This document shows, in pieces, positions 28,858 through 44,384 of a stretch of 64,000 nt of DNA; within the stretch, counting starts at the first letter, position 1; every line of letters begins with the position of its first letter. A program made the position numbers and the translations under genes. Under the pieces are notes generated by a model, which did not search any database, was not told the origin of the DNA, and saw nothing but the letters and a program-made list of their open reading frames with translations. The DNA lies in contig JBODTK010000111.1 of NCBI GenBank assembly GCA_050613775.1, positions 1 to 64,000 on the forward strand. The letters run 5' to 3'. Origin of the DNA: Neocallimastix sp. 'constans'. Its lineage: Eukaryota.

Positions 28858-31800
28858 TTAGAAGCTTGGGAAAGTGGCTTGGAATCCACCATTATTTATT
28901 GAAGTTTGTGATGTATTTGGATACTATTTTTTTTTTAATAATTTTTAAAATTGTTATAAAAATAATATATATAAATAAATCAGTTTAATATTTTATTTAA
29001 TATTAATATAATTTATTATTATTATTATTATTGCATAATATATATATATATATAAAATTTTAAAAAATGAATAATTACAGTAAGCATTAATGGACCCTTT
29101 GGAGTATCATTAACTTCTATTTAAATTGAATATAATTAACCAAAAAAAAATTTTTTTTAATAATTTTTATTATTTGATATCTTTATTTATTTATTTATTT
29201 ATTATATTATTATTATTATTATTTTTTATTATTATTATTTTTTATTATTATTATTTTTTAGTGCATTTTTAATTTTTTTTATAATTTTCGAATATATTAT
29301 TTACCTTCTTGTTTAGCTTTTTCTTTTTCTAATAATTCTCTTTGCTTATTGATTTTTTCTAATTCATCAATCTATTATTAATATTATTATTATCATTATT
29401 ATTATTAATTTTGTTATAATACAACATTATTAAAATAAATTAGCAATTAATATATAAAAATTATAAATATATTGTTAAATATTTATTTATTAAATATAAA
29501 GATTCAATTACCTTTGGTAAGTATTCACGTACGACTTGAATAAAGTATGGCATAGCAAAGTCCTTAATATTATTACGCCAGACAATTTCAAGAATAACAT
29601 CAGGTTTTAACAAATCGTAACAAGTGAAAAGAGTAGCAGCGAAACATTCATATTTCTTAGAATCAACAAAGTATCTAACAAGTTCTTCAGCAAGTTCTTG
29701 ATCCTTTGATTCAGCTACAGTTTCCATAGCATCTTTAAACAAATTATCTTGTTTTGATAAAGCAACAGATTGCTTCCAGCGTCTGTTTCTCTTGTATAAA
29801 TGTGCAGCAATTCTACGGAATTCTAATAATTCATGCTTTTCTAATTTTTGAGCTAAAGAAATATTATCAAAATTATCATACTTGTCAATAGATTCTCTTA
29901 AAGTTTCATAATCTTCTTCATCAATTAATAACTCATTGTAAGCAGTGTTTAAGGCACGGTTGTTTACCTTTTGAACATTTATCATGTATGGTTTGATTAA
30001 TGGTAAATTATTAGATTTTTGGAACATTTGTACAACTCTAGTATGATCAATTCTTGGTGTTAAAGTTTCCAAAAGATCATTTAATAGAAGTGGTTGTTCA
30101 TCTAAATAGAATTGAAGTGCCTTGTAATATAGTTCAAGGTTAGTAACCTTTACAATAATTTCCTTGAAATTATTATGTTCGAAGGCTTCAGCAGAATGAT
30201 CCATGATAGTATTAGCAGCATTATCATATTCATCATCATGACTATATAAGTAAACAAGTTCTGGATATAAGTGATTTTGTTCACAAGCTCTAATAACCTT
30301 TGGAGTATTAATTCTATTAGAATATAATTTTAAGTGACTCATTAAGTCATCCATACGATACTTAGAGTATAAGATGGCTAATTCGGTAAACATACCCATA
30401 TGTGCACGTTCAAGACCAAGACCAGATTCAATTAATTCCATTAATTCATTGAAATAACCTTGACTTTCATATAAATTAATTAACTTTTCTAACTCTTCTG
30501 GATGAACAATCAAATTTAAACCACAAATCTGAGCAAGTTTGAATTCTTTCTTTTCTAAACATGCTTCATTAACCTTATTCCAAACTTTAGTACTATTAGC
30601 CTTTCTAGCACATTCAACAGCATTTTGATATTCATTTAAGTGAACTAAAGTAGTAGATAAGAATGCCCAGTTAGAAATACTGTTAAATAATATCTTAGCA
30701 GCGCTGTATAATTTATCATTGTAACAACGTTCACCAGCAACTTGTATTTGGGCTACATTTGGTCCAGTAATAAGTTTTTCAATATCTTGATTACGGTCAG
30801 TCTTGGCATAAGCATAAATTAACTCAGTTTCAATAGCTGGCTCTCTAGATTGAATACGTGCCATGGTAAGATAATTAATAAGAGTGTTATAATCTTCTAT
30901 AGCTTCAGTAGCTCTAATAACGTCATTATAATCATTTGGATCATTAGCTTTGATGTAAGAACTTACAGCTTCTTTAACTTGATTATTGGCTAATTGAGCC
31001 TTTGCTAAGCTACTCCAAACTTGTGGAACATCAACACGTTCAGCAAATTCATAAGCACGATCAATATTCTTAATATTATCAATTAAAACATTAACAGCTT
31101 CTAATGGAAGATTACATTTTTGATAAATTGTGAATGCTTCTTCATACATATTGCTAGCAATAGCAATATTGGCAATTTCTGGAGCATCAAAGTTATTTAA
31201 TCTAGTAATGTAATCCATAACACGAGGAGATCCAGCCTTAATAGCAGTTAAAATTAAAAGATTTTGTAGGTTCTTATTATCACTAAATTGAGTTGGTTCT
31301 AAAACAATCTTTTCTAATAATTCAATTAATTCATCAGGTAATTCAGCAGTCATGAATGCTTTAACTGTAATTGAAACATCTTCTGGATCTTGAGTTTCAG
31401 GAAGAGCAGTACCAATAATTTGGTCAAGTAAAGATCTTAAATGAGTGTTAGTTTTAGTTAAAACAACAGCCCAAAGAGATGGATCACGTCTCTTAACTAA
31501 ATATCTAGCTTGATGCTTGAACATAGAATTTTCATTTGTAATTAAAAGCAATTCAGTATCTAACTGACCACGCTCATAGCAAATAAATGCAAGATATGGA
31601 TCTCTCTTTTCACAGTATTTACCGATAACCTTTGGATCATAGAACTAAATGAATATTTTATATATTATTAAAGGGAAAAATATAAATTTAAATTAGAATT
31701 TATATTTAAAAATAATATATATATATATATTTTAATATCTGAACTTTTTTTTTTTTTTATTTTGTTTAATTAATAAATTAATAATAAAAAAAAAATAAAA

Positions 31801-34800
31801 AATAACAAATAACAAATAACAAATAAAAAATAAAAATAAAAATAAAAACAAAAATAAAAAAAAATAAAAAAAAAAATAATAATAAAAATTACTTGATTCT
31901 CTCTAAGGAATTTTTCTGGATTATTGTTAGTATCAATAGTAATCTTAGCAATGGCATTGAATAATGATGTATCAGTACAACCTTCATTAAGTTTCTTTTC
32001 TAAAAATGGTAGAAGTAACTTTAATCTGTTTCTCTTTTCGCATTCATTAACAAGATCATCAATTGGAATTGGTCCTTGAACAGACATTAATAAACTTTTA
32101 ATAGCGTTTTCGTCACAATCAACATCTAATAAAGCTCCAATAACCTCTGGAGTACGAGAAGTATTAACCTTTTGAACGTAAATTTCAATATTGGTAAAAC
32201 TATTGTTTTGATATAAATATAAAATTAAATCGTGAACAAAATTAAAACGATCACAGACAATAATTAATGGTAATTGATCTGAAAGTTGAGCTTCCTTTAA
32301 GAAATTTTTAACCTTTTCAGGATCATAGAAGTTACTTTCTCTACAAATTCTTTCAACTTCCTTGAATTGACCAGAACGACTAGCTGCTTGAATATATTTA
32401 AAGTGAACTTCTGGATCTTGGCTAGAATTAACAACAGAACCAAGATAATAGTAAAGACCTTCGAATGTTTTGAAAGATTCAAACATTTCGATAAGATTAG
32501 AACTACCTAATTGATCAGAATACTTTGTGGCAATTTGAACAACAATTTGAAGATTTTGACGAATATTGTTATTTAATAATTCTTTTAAGCACTCTAAAGA
32601 TTGTGCTGGGGATAAGTGACCGAAGAAATTAAGAACCCAATCGGCATTTAAATTACTGACATGAACAATATTTCTTTTAATATCATTAATATCAGTGTAA
32701 TGTTCTAAAGCTCTTTGATAAAGACCTGCATTTTCACAAAGCTTAGCAATCTTTTCTTTGTCATATCTAGTAAACATATTATTTCCAAGAATAGCATCGG
32801 CAACTTGTGGTGCACTTAATAAATTCATTTCTAATAAACGAGTTTGTAGATTAGCATGCTCTTCCTTGTTATCCTTTAAGGCATCTAATAAGAATGATGT
32901 TGCTTGTTGAACCAAATTGTTTGAGGTGAATACATCTAAAATACGTTCTAAATCAACTAATGGTCCATTTTCATCATTAACTAAAAGTTGGGCGAATTCT
33001 ACTCCTTTATCTGGATCAGTTCTTAAAACTAATTGAAGTAAGTATAAATAATCTGGTTGGTAACCCACTTTCTTAGAATACAATATAATCTTATTGAATT
33101 GTCCAGTTTCAGCAAAACAATTAATAACTTTGTTTGGAACATTGGCACGAAGATAAACTGAAAGAGCTAAAAGAGTATCATACTGTTTAACAACATCACC
33201 TAATTCTTCACTGCATTCAAGTTTATCTTCTTTAAGCCATCTTTCTAAAAGTTGTTTTCTTCCTTGTACCAAAACTGGTTTTGTTAATTCTAAAGATTCA
33301 TATTTATTAAGAACACTCTTTTCAAGTAAAATTCCAAAGTATTGAAGAATTGGAGAAAGTTGACCTTGGGCAACCTGAACTTGCTTGAAACGTTCAATTG
33401 TCTCTGGAGTACGTAAAATACCCTGTGGAGAAGTAGCAGCTACCTTAGCAGCTTCTAAGAAATTACCTGAATTACAAAGATCATTAAAACGTGCAACAAA
33501 TAATTGATTAGCACCTGGTAAGTTATTTCTTGAAGCAATTCTAAAAGCAAGTTCACGGTTATTTAAATTATTCATAATATATGGAATAAAGTTATTTTCA
33601 TCAACACTAACAGATAAAACCTATTTTATATTATATATTTAATTTATTTAATATATTAAATAATTTTTTTTAAATATTTAAATTTTATATTAATTATCAT
33701 AATTTATCACTTACTTGTCCTTTACGATTGACTCCAATAATACCACTTGTAGCTTCTAAATCAACTGAAGTGAAAATGGTATCACCACTAATACGATTCA
33801 TGTAAATACAAGTTCCAGTTTCTAAATCATATAAATGTATAAAACCATATTTTGTAACCAAATAAATAATGTCATAACGTTGACTAACTTGCATAGCAAC
33901 TGGGAAATCATTAGCAGCTTCTTGTGGATAGAATACATCAACGGCACGCTTTTGGAATACTGGATTACCATCTTTATGGTCAATTTCAATAATATGTAAT
34001 TTAGCAAACTTTGCATTTTTAACAGAAAATGCAAATAAACTTGTTGGAGAAGAAGCACCTTCTAATGTTATGTTAGCAAATGCAGCTGCATGTCCTTCTA
34101 AAATTTGACTGACACGTCTTTCCGTTGAATATAATTGCATAGTACCAACAACACGGCCATCCTAAATTTTAAACATATAAATTTTGAAAATTCATTTAAA
34201 ATCTATTTTATATTTATTTATACAATAAAAGATTATTATTTTCCAACTTACTTGTGCAGAAATACCAATAATAACAGCCCATTTTTCAGAAGAATCCACT
34301 TTATAATTAATAATTTGAGCTCCATTTAAATTTTGATTTCTATCGAAAATCTTTACTGGGTTTGAGTTACCCTCCATACTCCAATGGTAAACAGATCTAT
34401 CAGTAATTATACCAAGAGTTTTGAGGGAAATCCATTTCCAGAAGATTACATCTTCATTCATCATATGTGACTTTACTTTAGTTTTTAATTCTAAGTTAAA
34501 AATTTGTAATTGTCTTCCAGCTATAATTTAATAAAAAAAAATAAATTATTAGTATAATGTTCATCTTTTTATTTATTCATTTTTAATTTATTACCTTTAA
34601 GTGCAATAATCTGAGTAGCTGGATTCATAATAGCGGAATCAGCTGATATTGGTCTTCTCATTAAGTTTTGTGGGTTATTCATATCTACTATAACAACCTG
34701 TGAAGTATTTCCTACTGTTTCACGAATACAAATGAATTTATCAGATTCCATTGTTAAGGTATTAAAACCTATACTTGAGGCATTAATACCAAGAGCTTGA

Positions 34801-34958
34801 AGCTTTTATTTATATATTTTGTTTGATAAATTATTAAAAAAAAAAAAAAAGTATTAGAAAATAATTATGTTAAAAATTTTTAAAAAACTTAAAAGAACAT
34901 AAAAAAAAAAAAATACCTGAACATGTTCTTGAAAACGTATTGGACATAGATCAGTCAT
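28858..34958 (-). CDS. CHC1: Clathrin heavy chain
   Basis: Starts [42 protein letters not shown]. The terminal-domain motifs ([23 protein letters not shown]) and CHCR repeats ([32 protein letters not shown]) lie in large ORFs. Three small terminal exons give ...[14 protein letters not shown]...FPSF*, where PLMLT resembles the Hsc70-binding QLMLT motif. Confidence 0.98.
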
Positions 34959-37499
34959 TTCTATTATATTTAATTTATTATGATAAAATTATCTATTGTA
35001 AATATTATCAGAAATGGATAATAATAATAATAATAATAATAATTAATAAATTGATTATACATTTTTAGATTATGCCGAATAAACATTTTATTAATTCTCT
35101 TAAAATTTTAAAATTGATATAAACAAATGTAATTTATTAATATTTAACTCGAATAAATTTAAATTTATCCCATAAATACAACTTTATTTATTACATTATT
35201 ATTTGTATTATAAATACTTATTTTCAATTTTTTTAATCAAAACAATTATTTATTTATAAATATTCTTTTTTTTATTAAATTATTAATAATTTAATAATAA
35301 AATATAAATGAAGATAATTAAATTATTAATTATTTTCATTTATATTTTTTTTTTTTTTTTTGAATATATTAAGATACTTTCTGTTTTAATAATTTAAAAT
35401 CATTTATTGAATTATTAATATCTTTGTTTATTTCACAATTTCGATAAATTATTTTTAACCATTTCAAATAAACATCTATGTATATTTATATATATAACCT
35501 GAGTTTATTGAAATTACATTTAAATTTTTCATACATATTTTATTTTCCTTTGTTGTTATGTATTTATTATAAGTAATTAAACATTTTCTTTCTTCTTTAA
35601 ATAAAGTAAAAACTTAAAATGTTTTGTAATTTTCTAACTATATATAATTATATATAATTTTAAATATTATTTATAGTTTACAAAAATTACTAAATTGATT
35701 TGTTATTATCCTATCATTATTGCTATTATTATAGTTAATAAAATATTATTGAATCTAACTTTATTATTTATTTTATTTTTAATTTTATTTTGTTTTCATT
35801 TTTTTAGATAAGATTTTCATTTATTTCGATTAGTTTGTTTTGTTTACATTTTCTTTTATTTAATAAATATTATTTATCTTTAAATTAGTCTTTATAAAAG
35901 TTTTCGAAATACAAATAAAAAAAATATTTACTTGTTATATATTTATTAAAAGTATGTATTAAATATGTATAAATTGTATTGTTTAAATTTATAAATTGTA
36001 TTTTTTTTTTCTTTTTTCCTTCCTGAAAGAAAATAAAAGATATTAGTATTATTTATTTATTAATATAAATAGATTTATTAATTATTATTACTTTTAAAAA
36101 TAAATTAACTGTTAAAAGAAAAAATTTTCCTAAAATTTTAGATTCTAAACAATAATGTATTTTTTATGTAATTAATACATTTTTTTAAATAATTATGTAA
36201 AAAAACATTAAAAATGTAAATTCATAAATAAATGAATTATATTGTGGCTTGTTGCATTAAAAATAATATCTTTTTATATTTAATTTTACTGAAATTTTTA
36301 AAAAAAAAAAAGCAATATTAAATAAAAATATTTTAATAAGATATTAAAATATTAAAGTACAAATATGGATGGTTACACAAATCATTTTTTATATGGCACA
36401 TTAAATTTATAATACATATATATTTTGACCTTTTATGTAACCACATTAAATAATAAAAATTTAATATATTTATATATCAAAAAAAAAAAAAAAAAAAAAT
36501 AATTAATCTATAATACATTTTTCATTTAATTAAAATAAATATTTATAGTAATATTTGTAATAATAATTTTCATTTAGTATAGAAAATATATTGTATAATA
36601 GATTGTATTAGATTTCTACTTCATTTTTATTAAGTATAATACTTTTAAATAATTTGTATCAATATTTAATATTACATAAAATATGATGGAAATTTTAATT
36701 ATAATTTTAAAATTGATTATAATATAAATACAATTTTAATTATTTTAAAGAATAGAATAATTTCTTATTAAATGAAATATAAATGTTTGTATTTAAATGT
36801 TAATTATGCTTGAAATTAATTGAAATGCGTTATTGTTTAAATAAATTATTAATAATAATAATATAATATATATAATGGAAATGATGACTTGAACTAATAT
36901 AATGGATTTATTATTTTTTTTAATAATTTTCTATTTAAATGATCAATTAAAAGCTTATCTTTAAATATTATTTTTATTATTTTTTTATTATTTCTTTTAA
37001 GTTTTTAAAAAAAATTTTAATCTGGTAATTATAAAAAATATTAAATATATTTCTGTTCATTACTAATATTAAATTTTATATTTATTATTTTTAATTAATA
37101 TTTTATTTATTTCTAAGATTAATCCATAATTAAAGTTCATATAGTTTATATTAAATATTTATCATATTAAAATATAATGAAATATATTACATAATTTATA
37201 TATGATAAATATCAAATATATAAAATATATATCAAAAAAAAAAAATTAAGATTTAATATTTTTTTTTCATATTAATTAAAACAAATAAATATATAAATAA
37301 ATAAATTTAAAATTAATAAATAAATAAACAATAAATAAATAAATATTAAATTTAATAAATAAATAAATAATAAATAAATAAACAAATAAAAAATAATTTT
37401 TTTTTAGTATCATCCTAATTAAGTAATGAAACAATGATATTAATAAAAAAATTTTACTTTAAAAGAAATTATATTTAATATATATTTTATTCTTTTGAC

Positions 37500-37566
<67 letters not shown>

Positions 37567-37759
37567 TTTATTTATTGTTTTTATTTCATTTTTTATATAT
37601 ATTAAAAGAACATAAAATTTTTTATTAGAATTAGTAATAAAAATAAAACTATAAATAAAAAAAATATATTATAAAAATATTTTATTGTAAATTAAAATAT
37701 TAATGTAATTACATAATAAAAATTACTTTAAAATAATAAAAAGAAATTAAAATTCAAAA

Positions 37760-39523
37760 ATGTCAGTTTCAAGAATAAATTCAAAAGATGAATTATTACA
37801 ACATACAGAATCTTCGACTTCTATTGATATTGATTTAGAAAATGATATATTACTTGAAGAAATTGAAAAAACAAAAGAAGTAAATGATAATGTTGATGTA
37901 ATAAGAGAGGAGGAAGACAATTCATCGTTGTTTGATAACATTAATACTTTCGGTGAAAGTTTAATGTCTTCCGTTAAAACTAGACAGCAGCTTAAAGAAA
38001 TTAAGGAAACCATAATTACCGATTCAATAAGCTCATTTTCCTTTGGATTTAAGAACGTTGACAAAATTTTCCCAGAATCTATCGAATTAACAGCCTCAAA
38101 ACCAATTCCTGACTGGTTAAATATTACTTATTATACGTTAAGTCCAGGTATATTTTGATACTAAATTTTTTTAAAGCAAGTTAGATATTTTTAAATTATT
38201 GCTAAAATGTTTATTAAATGGTAATATATTACATTTTCATTTTTATTATTGATAAGCTCGTTTTGATTTTGATTATACACAACAAAGAGAATATGAAAAT
38301 GTTAATAAAACTTTTACTATTGATCATTTATTTGATGTATTACCTCTTATACAAAAGTTTGAAATTAATGGTAAAAATGATTCAGAAAAAGTCCAATTCA
38401 AGTAATATTATATAATTAAATATTTATTAATAATTAATAAAATTTGAAATATTTTATTTATTTATTTATTTTATTTATTATTAATATTTTTTTTTTACTT
38501 TATAAATTTATCTTCTAATTTAAAAATAAATAACATATAAAAGGAGTCAACTACTTAGTAAAGGTGTTGAAAGGTAAATATATATATATATTATATTATT
38601 TAAATATTTAAATACATTTTGTAAATCAGTATTTAAAATAAAAAAATAAATTAAAATTGTTTTATTATTATTAATATATATATATATATTTATTAACATG
38701 ATTATAGAAAAATCCATGAAAGTCATTGTATTTCTGATAAAGTTACAGGTTTATGGAGTCATAACACTAATCAAAGTTCATTTTCAAGAGCTGTTATTCA
38801 TCCATTGAAATTAAGTAAAAAATCCCCTAAACCCGAAAATGATATTATATCCGATAACATTAGTAGTCAATTTCCATCAAAATTTCATAAAGGAGCTATT
38901 GCTACTTTAAATAGTACTGGAAATGTAATAATTTAATTTCTATTTGTTATTATCTATTTATTATATAATATATAATATTATCTATTTATTATATAATATA
39001 TAAATAATGACCATTTTGATTAATAAAATATATAATTTATATATATAATATTGGTTTTAATAAATAGGTAAGATTTGTTGATTCAAATTTAAAAGGGGAA
39101 AAAATTATCAATTATATAGATATTAATTCTGAATTTAAAACTTCTTATTGTTCACCACATCCAATTGTAAGTTGCTGTTATTATTTAAATAAGCATAATA
39201 TTTTATTATAATAATATAATTTTATATTAATAGTTTAATTAATAAATATTATATATTCATATTATTTAAAAAAGGTTGATCCATATACAGGAAAGATGAT
39301 TAATGTCCTTGGTGAAATTGGTTTTACTTCAACAAAATTTAAGGTTGTCTTATTTGATGAAGATAGTAGTAATTTAATTTCAATAGTTAATAGTCCAATT
39401 TCTCCAATTCATACATTTGCAGTCACTGAAAATTATATTGTTATAGTGAGTTTAATTAATAGTCAAATTATAGTATATCTTTAAAGGGATAGTCATATTA
39501 GCATAATATTAAAAAATAATACC

Positions 39524-39555
<32 letters not shown>

Positions 39556-40674
39556 GATATCTTTCCCAATGAATTTAAAAAGCTTAAATTATTACACTGG
39601 AGATTCAATTTTATCAACGTTTGATTATAATCCAGAAGGATTAACAACATTCTATGTTGTGTAAGTTATAATAATCATGAATATTATTATATTTATAAAA
39701 ATATAAAAATAATATATATTTATTATATATTATATATATATTACTTAGATCTAAGAAGGAAAAAAAACACATTGCTACATTTACAACAAAAGCTAGTTTT
39801 GGGTAAATAGTTAAAAACATTATTTATATTTTATAATAAAAAAATATGTTAAATAATTTTATTATTTTTATATTCTTTTAATTTTAATTTTAATTAAAAT
39901 TAAAATATTAATTATTTTAATGTATAAATTAGTCTTCATATTATTAATTCATACGAAACAAATAAAACTATTTGGATTGATTTCTCTATCTATGATGATG
40001 ATAAAATTATTCAAAATTTAACTGTAGAAAATTTGCGTGATGCATCAAAATTGACCTTACCATCTTCAAATATTGTTCGTTTCCATTTAGATCTTAATGA
40101 ACTTGAAAGTATGAATGCAAATTTAAATTCTAATAATGATGTAAATGTAACATTAGAAGCTTCAGTTGATCATTTTACTAAAGATATTTCTATTGAATTA
40201 CCTACTATTAATCAGAAATACCTTGGTCGTAGTTATAAATATGCTTACGGTGTTGCACTTCCATTTACAGATCCAACTTCAGGAAAATACTATGATAGAA
40301 TTAAGAAGATTGTAAGTTATTATAATGTATAAAAATATATTATAAATAAATATTTATCTATTGTGAAAAATGTTGTATATAAATAGTATTAATTTAATTT
40401 TTACAATATATAATACTATAAGGATGTTGAAAGCAAACAAATCATTTGTTGGAATGAACCACATTGTTATCCAAGCCAACCAATCTTTATTCAAGATCCA
40501 TCTAATGCAGATGTGGAAGATGAAGGTGTTATATTATCTTCTGTTTATGATGGCTCTAAAGATGAAAGTTTTGTTATTATTCTTAATGCTAAAGATATGA
40601 CTGAAATTACAAGAATTCCATTACCGGTCCCAGTATCACCATCATTTTCTCATGCGACAGTTAAAGCAAATTAA
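37760..40674 (+). CDS. Carotenoid oxygenase / RPE65-family (CCD) protein, multi-exon, divergent
   Basis: The spliced product contains IPDWL...SPARF, IDHLFD, SPHPIVDPYTG, PIHTFAVTENYIV, FGLHIINSYE, IELPTINQKYLGRSYKYAYG, YPSQPIFI, EDEGVILSSVYD, ILNAKDMTEI and a terminal SFSHA. This is the CCD motif order with all four iron-ligand histidines. Confidence 0.9.
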
Positions 40675-40685
40675 ATGAAATATAA

Positions 40686-40696
40686 TATTTATTATA

Positions 40697-40729
<33 letters not shown>

Positions 40730-41514
40730 TTTCTATATTTAACATAAATAGAAAAAAAAGATATTGATATAAATAATAAAATGATAAAAAATATTTAAAA
40801 TAATATAAAAATAATATAAAAATATATGTATAATTCAGTTTATGTAAATAGCATTATTTATTTATATTTTTAAAATCAATACAACTAAATATATAAATGA
40901 TGTCATGAACAATTATATCATTATAATTACAATTTTAGAATTATATTATCCATTATGAATCAATACTAATGTAATATTTATTATAATTATTATTATTATT
41001 ATTTTTCTATATTTAACATAAATAGAAAAAAAAGATATTGATATAAATAATAAAATGATAAAAAATATTTAAAATAATATAAAAATAATATAAAAATATA
41101 TGTATAATTCAGTTTATGTAAATAGCATTATTTATTTATATTTTTAAAATCAATACAACTAAATATATAAATGATGTCATGAACAATTATATCATTATAA
41201 TTACAATTTTAGAATTATATTATCCATTATGAATCAATACTAATGTAATATTTATTATAATTATTATTATTATTATTTTTCTATATTTAACATAAATAGA
41301 AAAAAAAGATATTGATATAAATAATAAAATGATAAAAAATATTTAAAATAATATAAAAATAATATAAAAATATATGTATAATTCAGTTCATGTAAATAGC
41401 ATTATTTATTTATATTTTTAAAATCAATACAACTAAATATATAAATGATGTCATTAACAATTATATCATTATAATTATAATTTTAGAATTATATTATCGA
41501 TTATGAATCAATAC
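40686..41514. repeat. 3x ~275-bp tandem duplication just after the CCD stop codon
   Basis: TTCTATATTTAACATAAATAG...GATGTCATGAACAATTATATC...GAATCAATACT is repeated three times, each unit starting in a (TTA)n run. Confidence 0.93.
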
Positions 41515-41819
41515 TTATAAAAACAATACTTATAAAAACATTTAAAAAATTATATTTTCCCAATATATGTATAAATAAGTAAAAATATGTTTCCTTAAAA
41601 AAATAAAATTAAATAAAATAAAAATTAATAGATAAAATACACTAACTTTATCAAACAAAAATATGAATTTTATTTTAATTATTTAAGTTTATTTTTTATT
41701 TTTTTATTGTTTTTCTATTTTTTTTTTTTTTTTAATATATATATGTTTGTATGATTTATTAAATTATCACTTTCTAATAAAGTAAAAAGTAATTTCAAAA
41801 ATTGGATTAGATAAATAAT

Positions 41820-42256
<437 letters not shown>

Positions 42257-42284
42257 TTTAAAATATTTTTAATATTTTATTTAG

Positions 42285-42326
<42 letters not shown>

Positions 42327-42989
42327 TCAACTTTTCTAAAATAATAGTAATATTTTATTCAATATATTATCATTAGTATTTACCAATGAATTTTGCATTT
42401 ATGATTGGATAATTAATTAATTGTAATATTATATATATATATTTTAATATATAAAATTTTAAATCAAGCTTAATTTAATAATAAAAAATATATTTTATTT
42501 TATTATATATGAAAAATAATAAAGATTAAAAAATTAAAATTATACATATGTGATGTATAATTTTAATAAAAATAAAAAAAATAGATGAAAAAACGAATAA
42601 AAAAGTAAATAAAAAATAAAATTTAATTAAATATTTAAAATATTTTACTTTAGGCTTTAGATCATATATTTTAAATATTGAATAGAGGTGTTTTTTTTTA
42701 TTAGTATAATAATAATAATAATAATGAAAAAGATTTTATTTATAATAATAATAAAAATATTATATTTATAATAGTTTTTTTCTTTTTTTTAAAGTCGTAT
42801 TACTGGGAACTTTAACTTTATTAATTTATTAATTTATTAATTAATTAAATGAATATTTTTTAAAAAACTTATAATTAATAAATAAATATATAAATATTAT
42901 TTGTTCAAATTGAACATAATAATTTTTTAAATAGTAATGTAAAATAAAATTAATATTTAAAATATAATGTATAAATAAATTCAGAAAAA

Positions 42990-43893
42990 AGTCCATATTC
43001 AACGAACCTCACCTCCAGATTATAAGATTTCTGTTAAAAGGAATTCTTATTCCTGATAAAGTTTTGAATTGACTATTTGAAAGAAATTATGATCTTCTCT
43101 TTTAGAGGAATTGACTCTGCTAGCCTATCTTACTACATTCTCAGCGTTGATATCCCTGGTTAGTTTGCGCTTATATACTGTTGTAATATTAATCCTTGTC
43201 GAGTACTAGCTCTAGGGATAATTTCTGTGAAGAGAGTCACAGATCTTACCAAGAATGACGTTTTAGAATAATCACCAGAAATGATTTGGCTATTTAATAA
43301 AATATCCCATTCCTTTTTTTTTTATCTAAATCAAAAATGTTTCTATCTCTTCCACCAAGAAAAAAGTTATATAATCTTTACCAAGTTACATATATATTTA
43401 CACACTCATTATTTAGAAAATTACTAATATTAACCCGATTCTCTCTAATTGATCTATTCACTATATTAATAATAGCAATATTATTATTTTCACTATCATT
43501 AATATGAATATGCCTATTTTCACTATTAATACTATTACTATTATTAACAAGATTATTTCTATTGTTATTATTGTTAATATTACACACTTCGTTACGACTA
43601 TCAAAATCAGTACTCGATTCTACATTATTAATATCTGTGATAACATTGTTTACATTACTATTTGATAACGAACAATATTTGATAATTACAAAAAAATTTT
43701 CATAAAGAATCTCAATATCCATAAAATATTTCATTCGAAATTCTTGGAAAAGATTGCATTTAGGAAATCGATGTTCCCATAGAGGATTATTATTTTCTCG
43801 ATATCGATAAGGATAGTATTCTGGGTTCTAGAAAGTCATCTTCAACAATATTTGCAGCTTTGGCAACACGAGCATCGAATTTATATCCATATC
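42990..43893 (-). pseudogene. Decayed coding remnant, probably transposon-derived
   Basis: This block has higher GC and complexity than its surroundings, with interrupted minus-strand frames (RVAKAANIVEDD.../YPYRYRENNNPLWEHRF/FQEFRMKYF...ECVNIYVTW*RLYNFFLGG...) containing stops and frameshifts. Confidence 0.45.
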
Positions 43894-44384
43894 TAAATTA
43901 TAAATTTTAATTAAATGTTTAAAATATTAAATTTATAATATCATTACTTCAAATATTGAATAGAAGGTTTCTTATTTTATTTGTATAATAATAATAATAA
44001 TAAGGTTGTATATAATAATATGTATATAATAATACTAATATTAATAAAAAGATGTATTTATAATTGTTATAATAATAAAATTGTATTTATTATATTAATA
44101 ATAAGATTGTATTTATTATAATAATTTATTTTTTTTTTTATACATATTTTTTTTATATTTATTATTTTCAAGATTACAATAATATATTTGATATTTTTCT
44201 ATATAATTAAGATAAATTTCTATCAAAAGAAATATTAACATAGATTGTATAGATTATAAAAAAAATATATAAAAGAAAAAACAGATAATAATGCATTTAA
44301 ATTTATAAATATGGTTTTTGAAAATTGTTTTAAATTTACAATTTTTTTTTTTTTTATATATATATGATTTTGTTTTATTTTAAA

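Noticed and set aside
36370..36443. TGGTTACA...TGTAACCA inverted repeat
   Set aside because: Only ~8-12 bp with no TSD, too weak to call.
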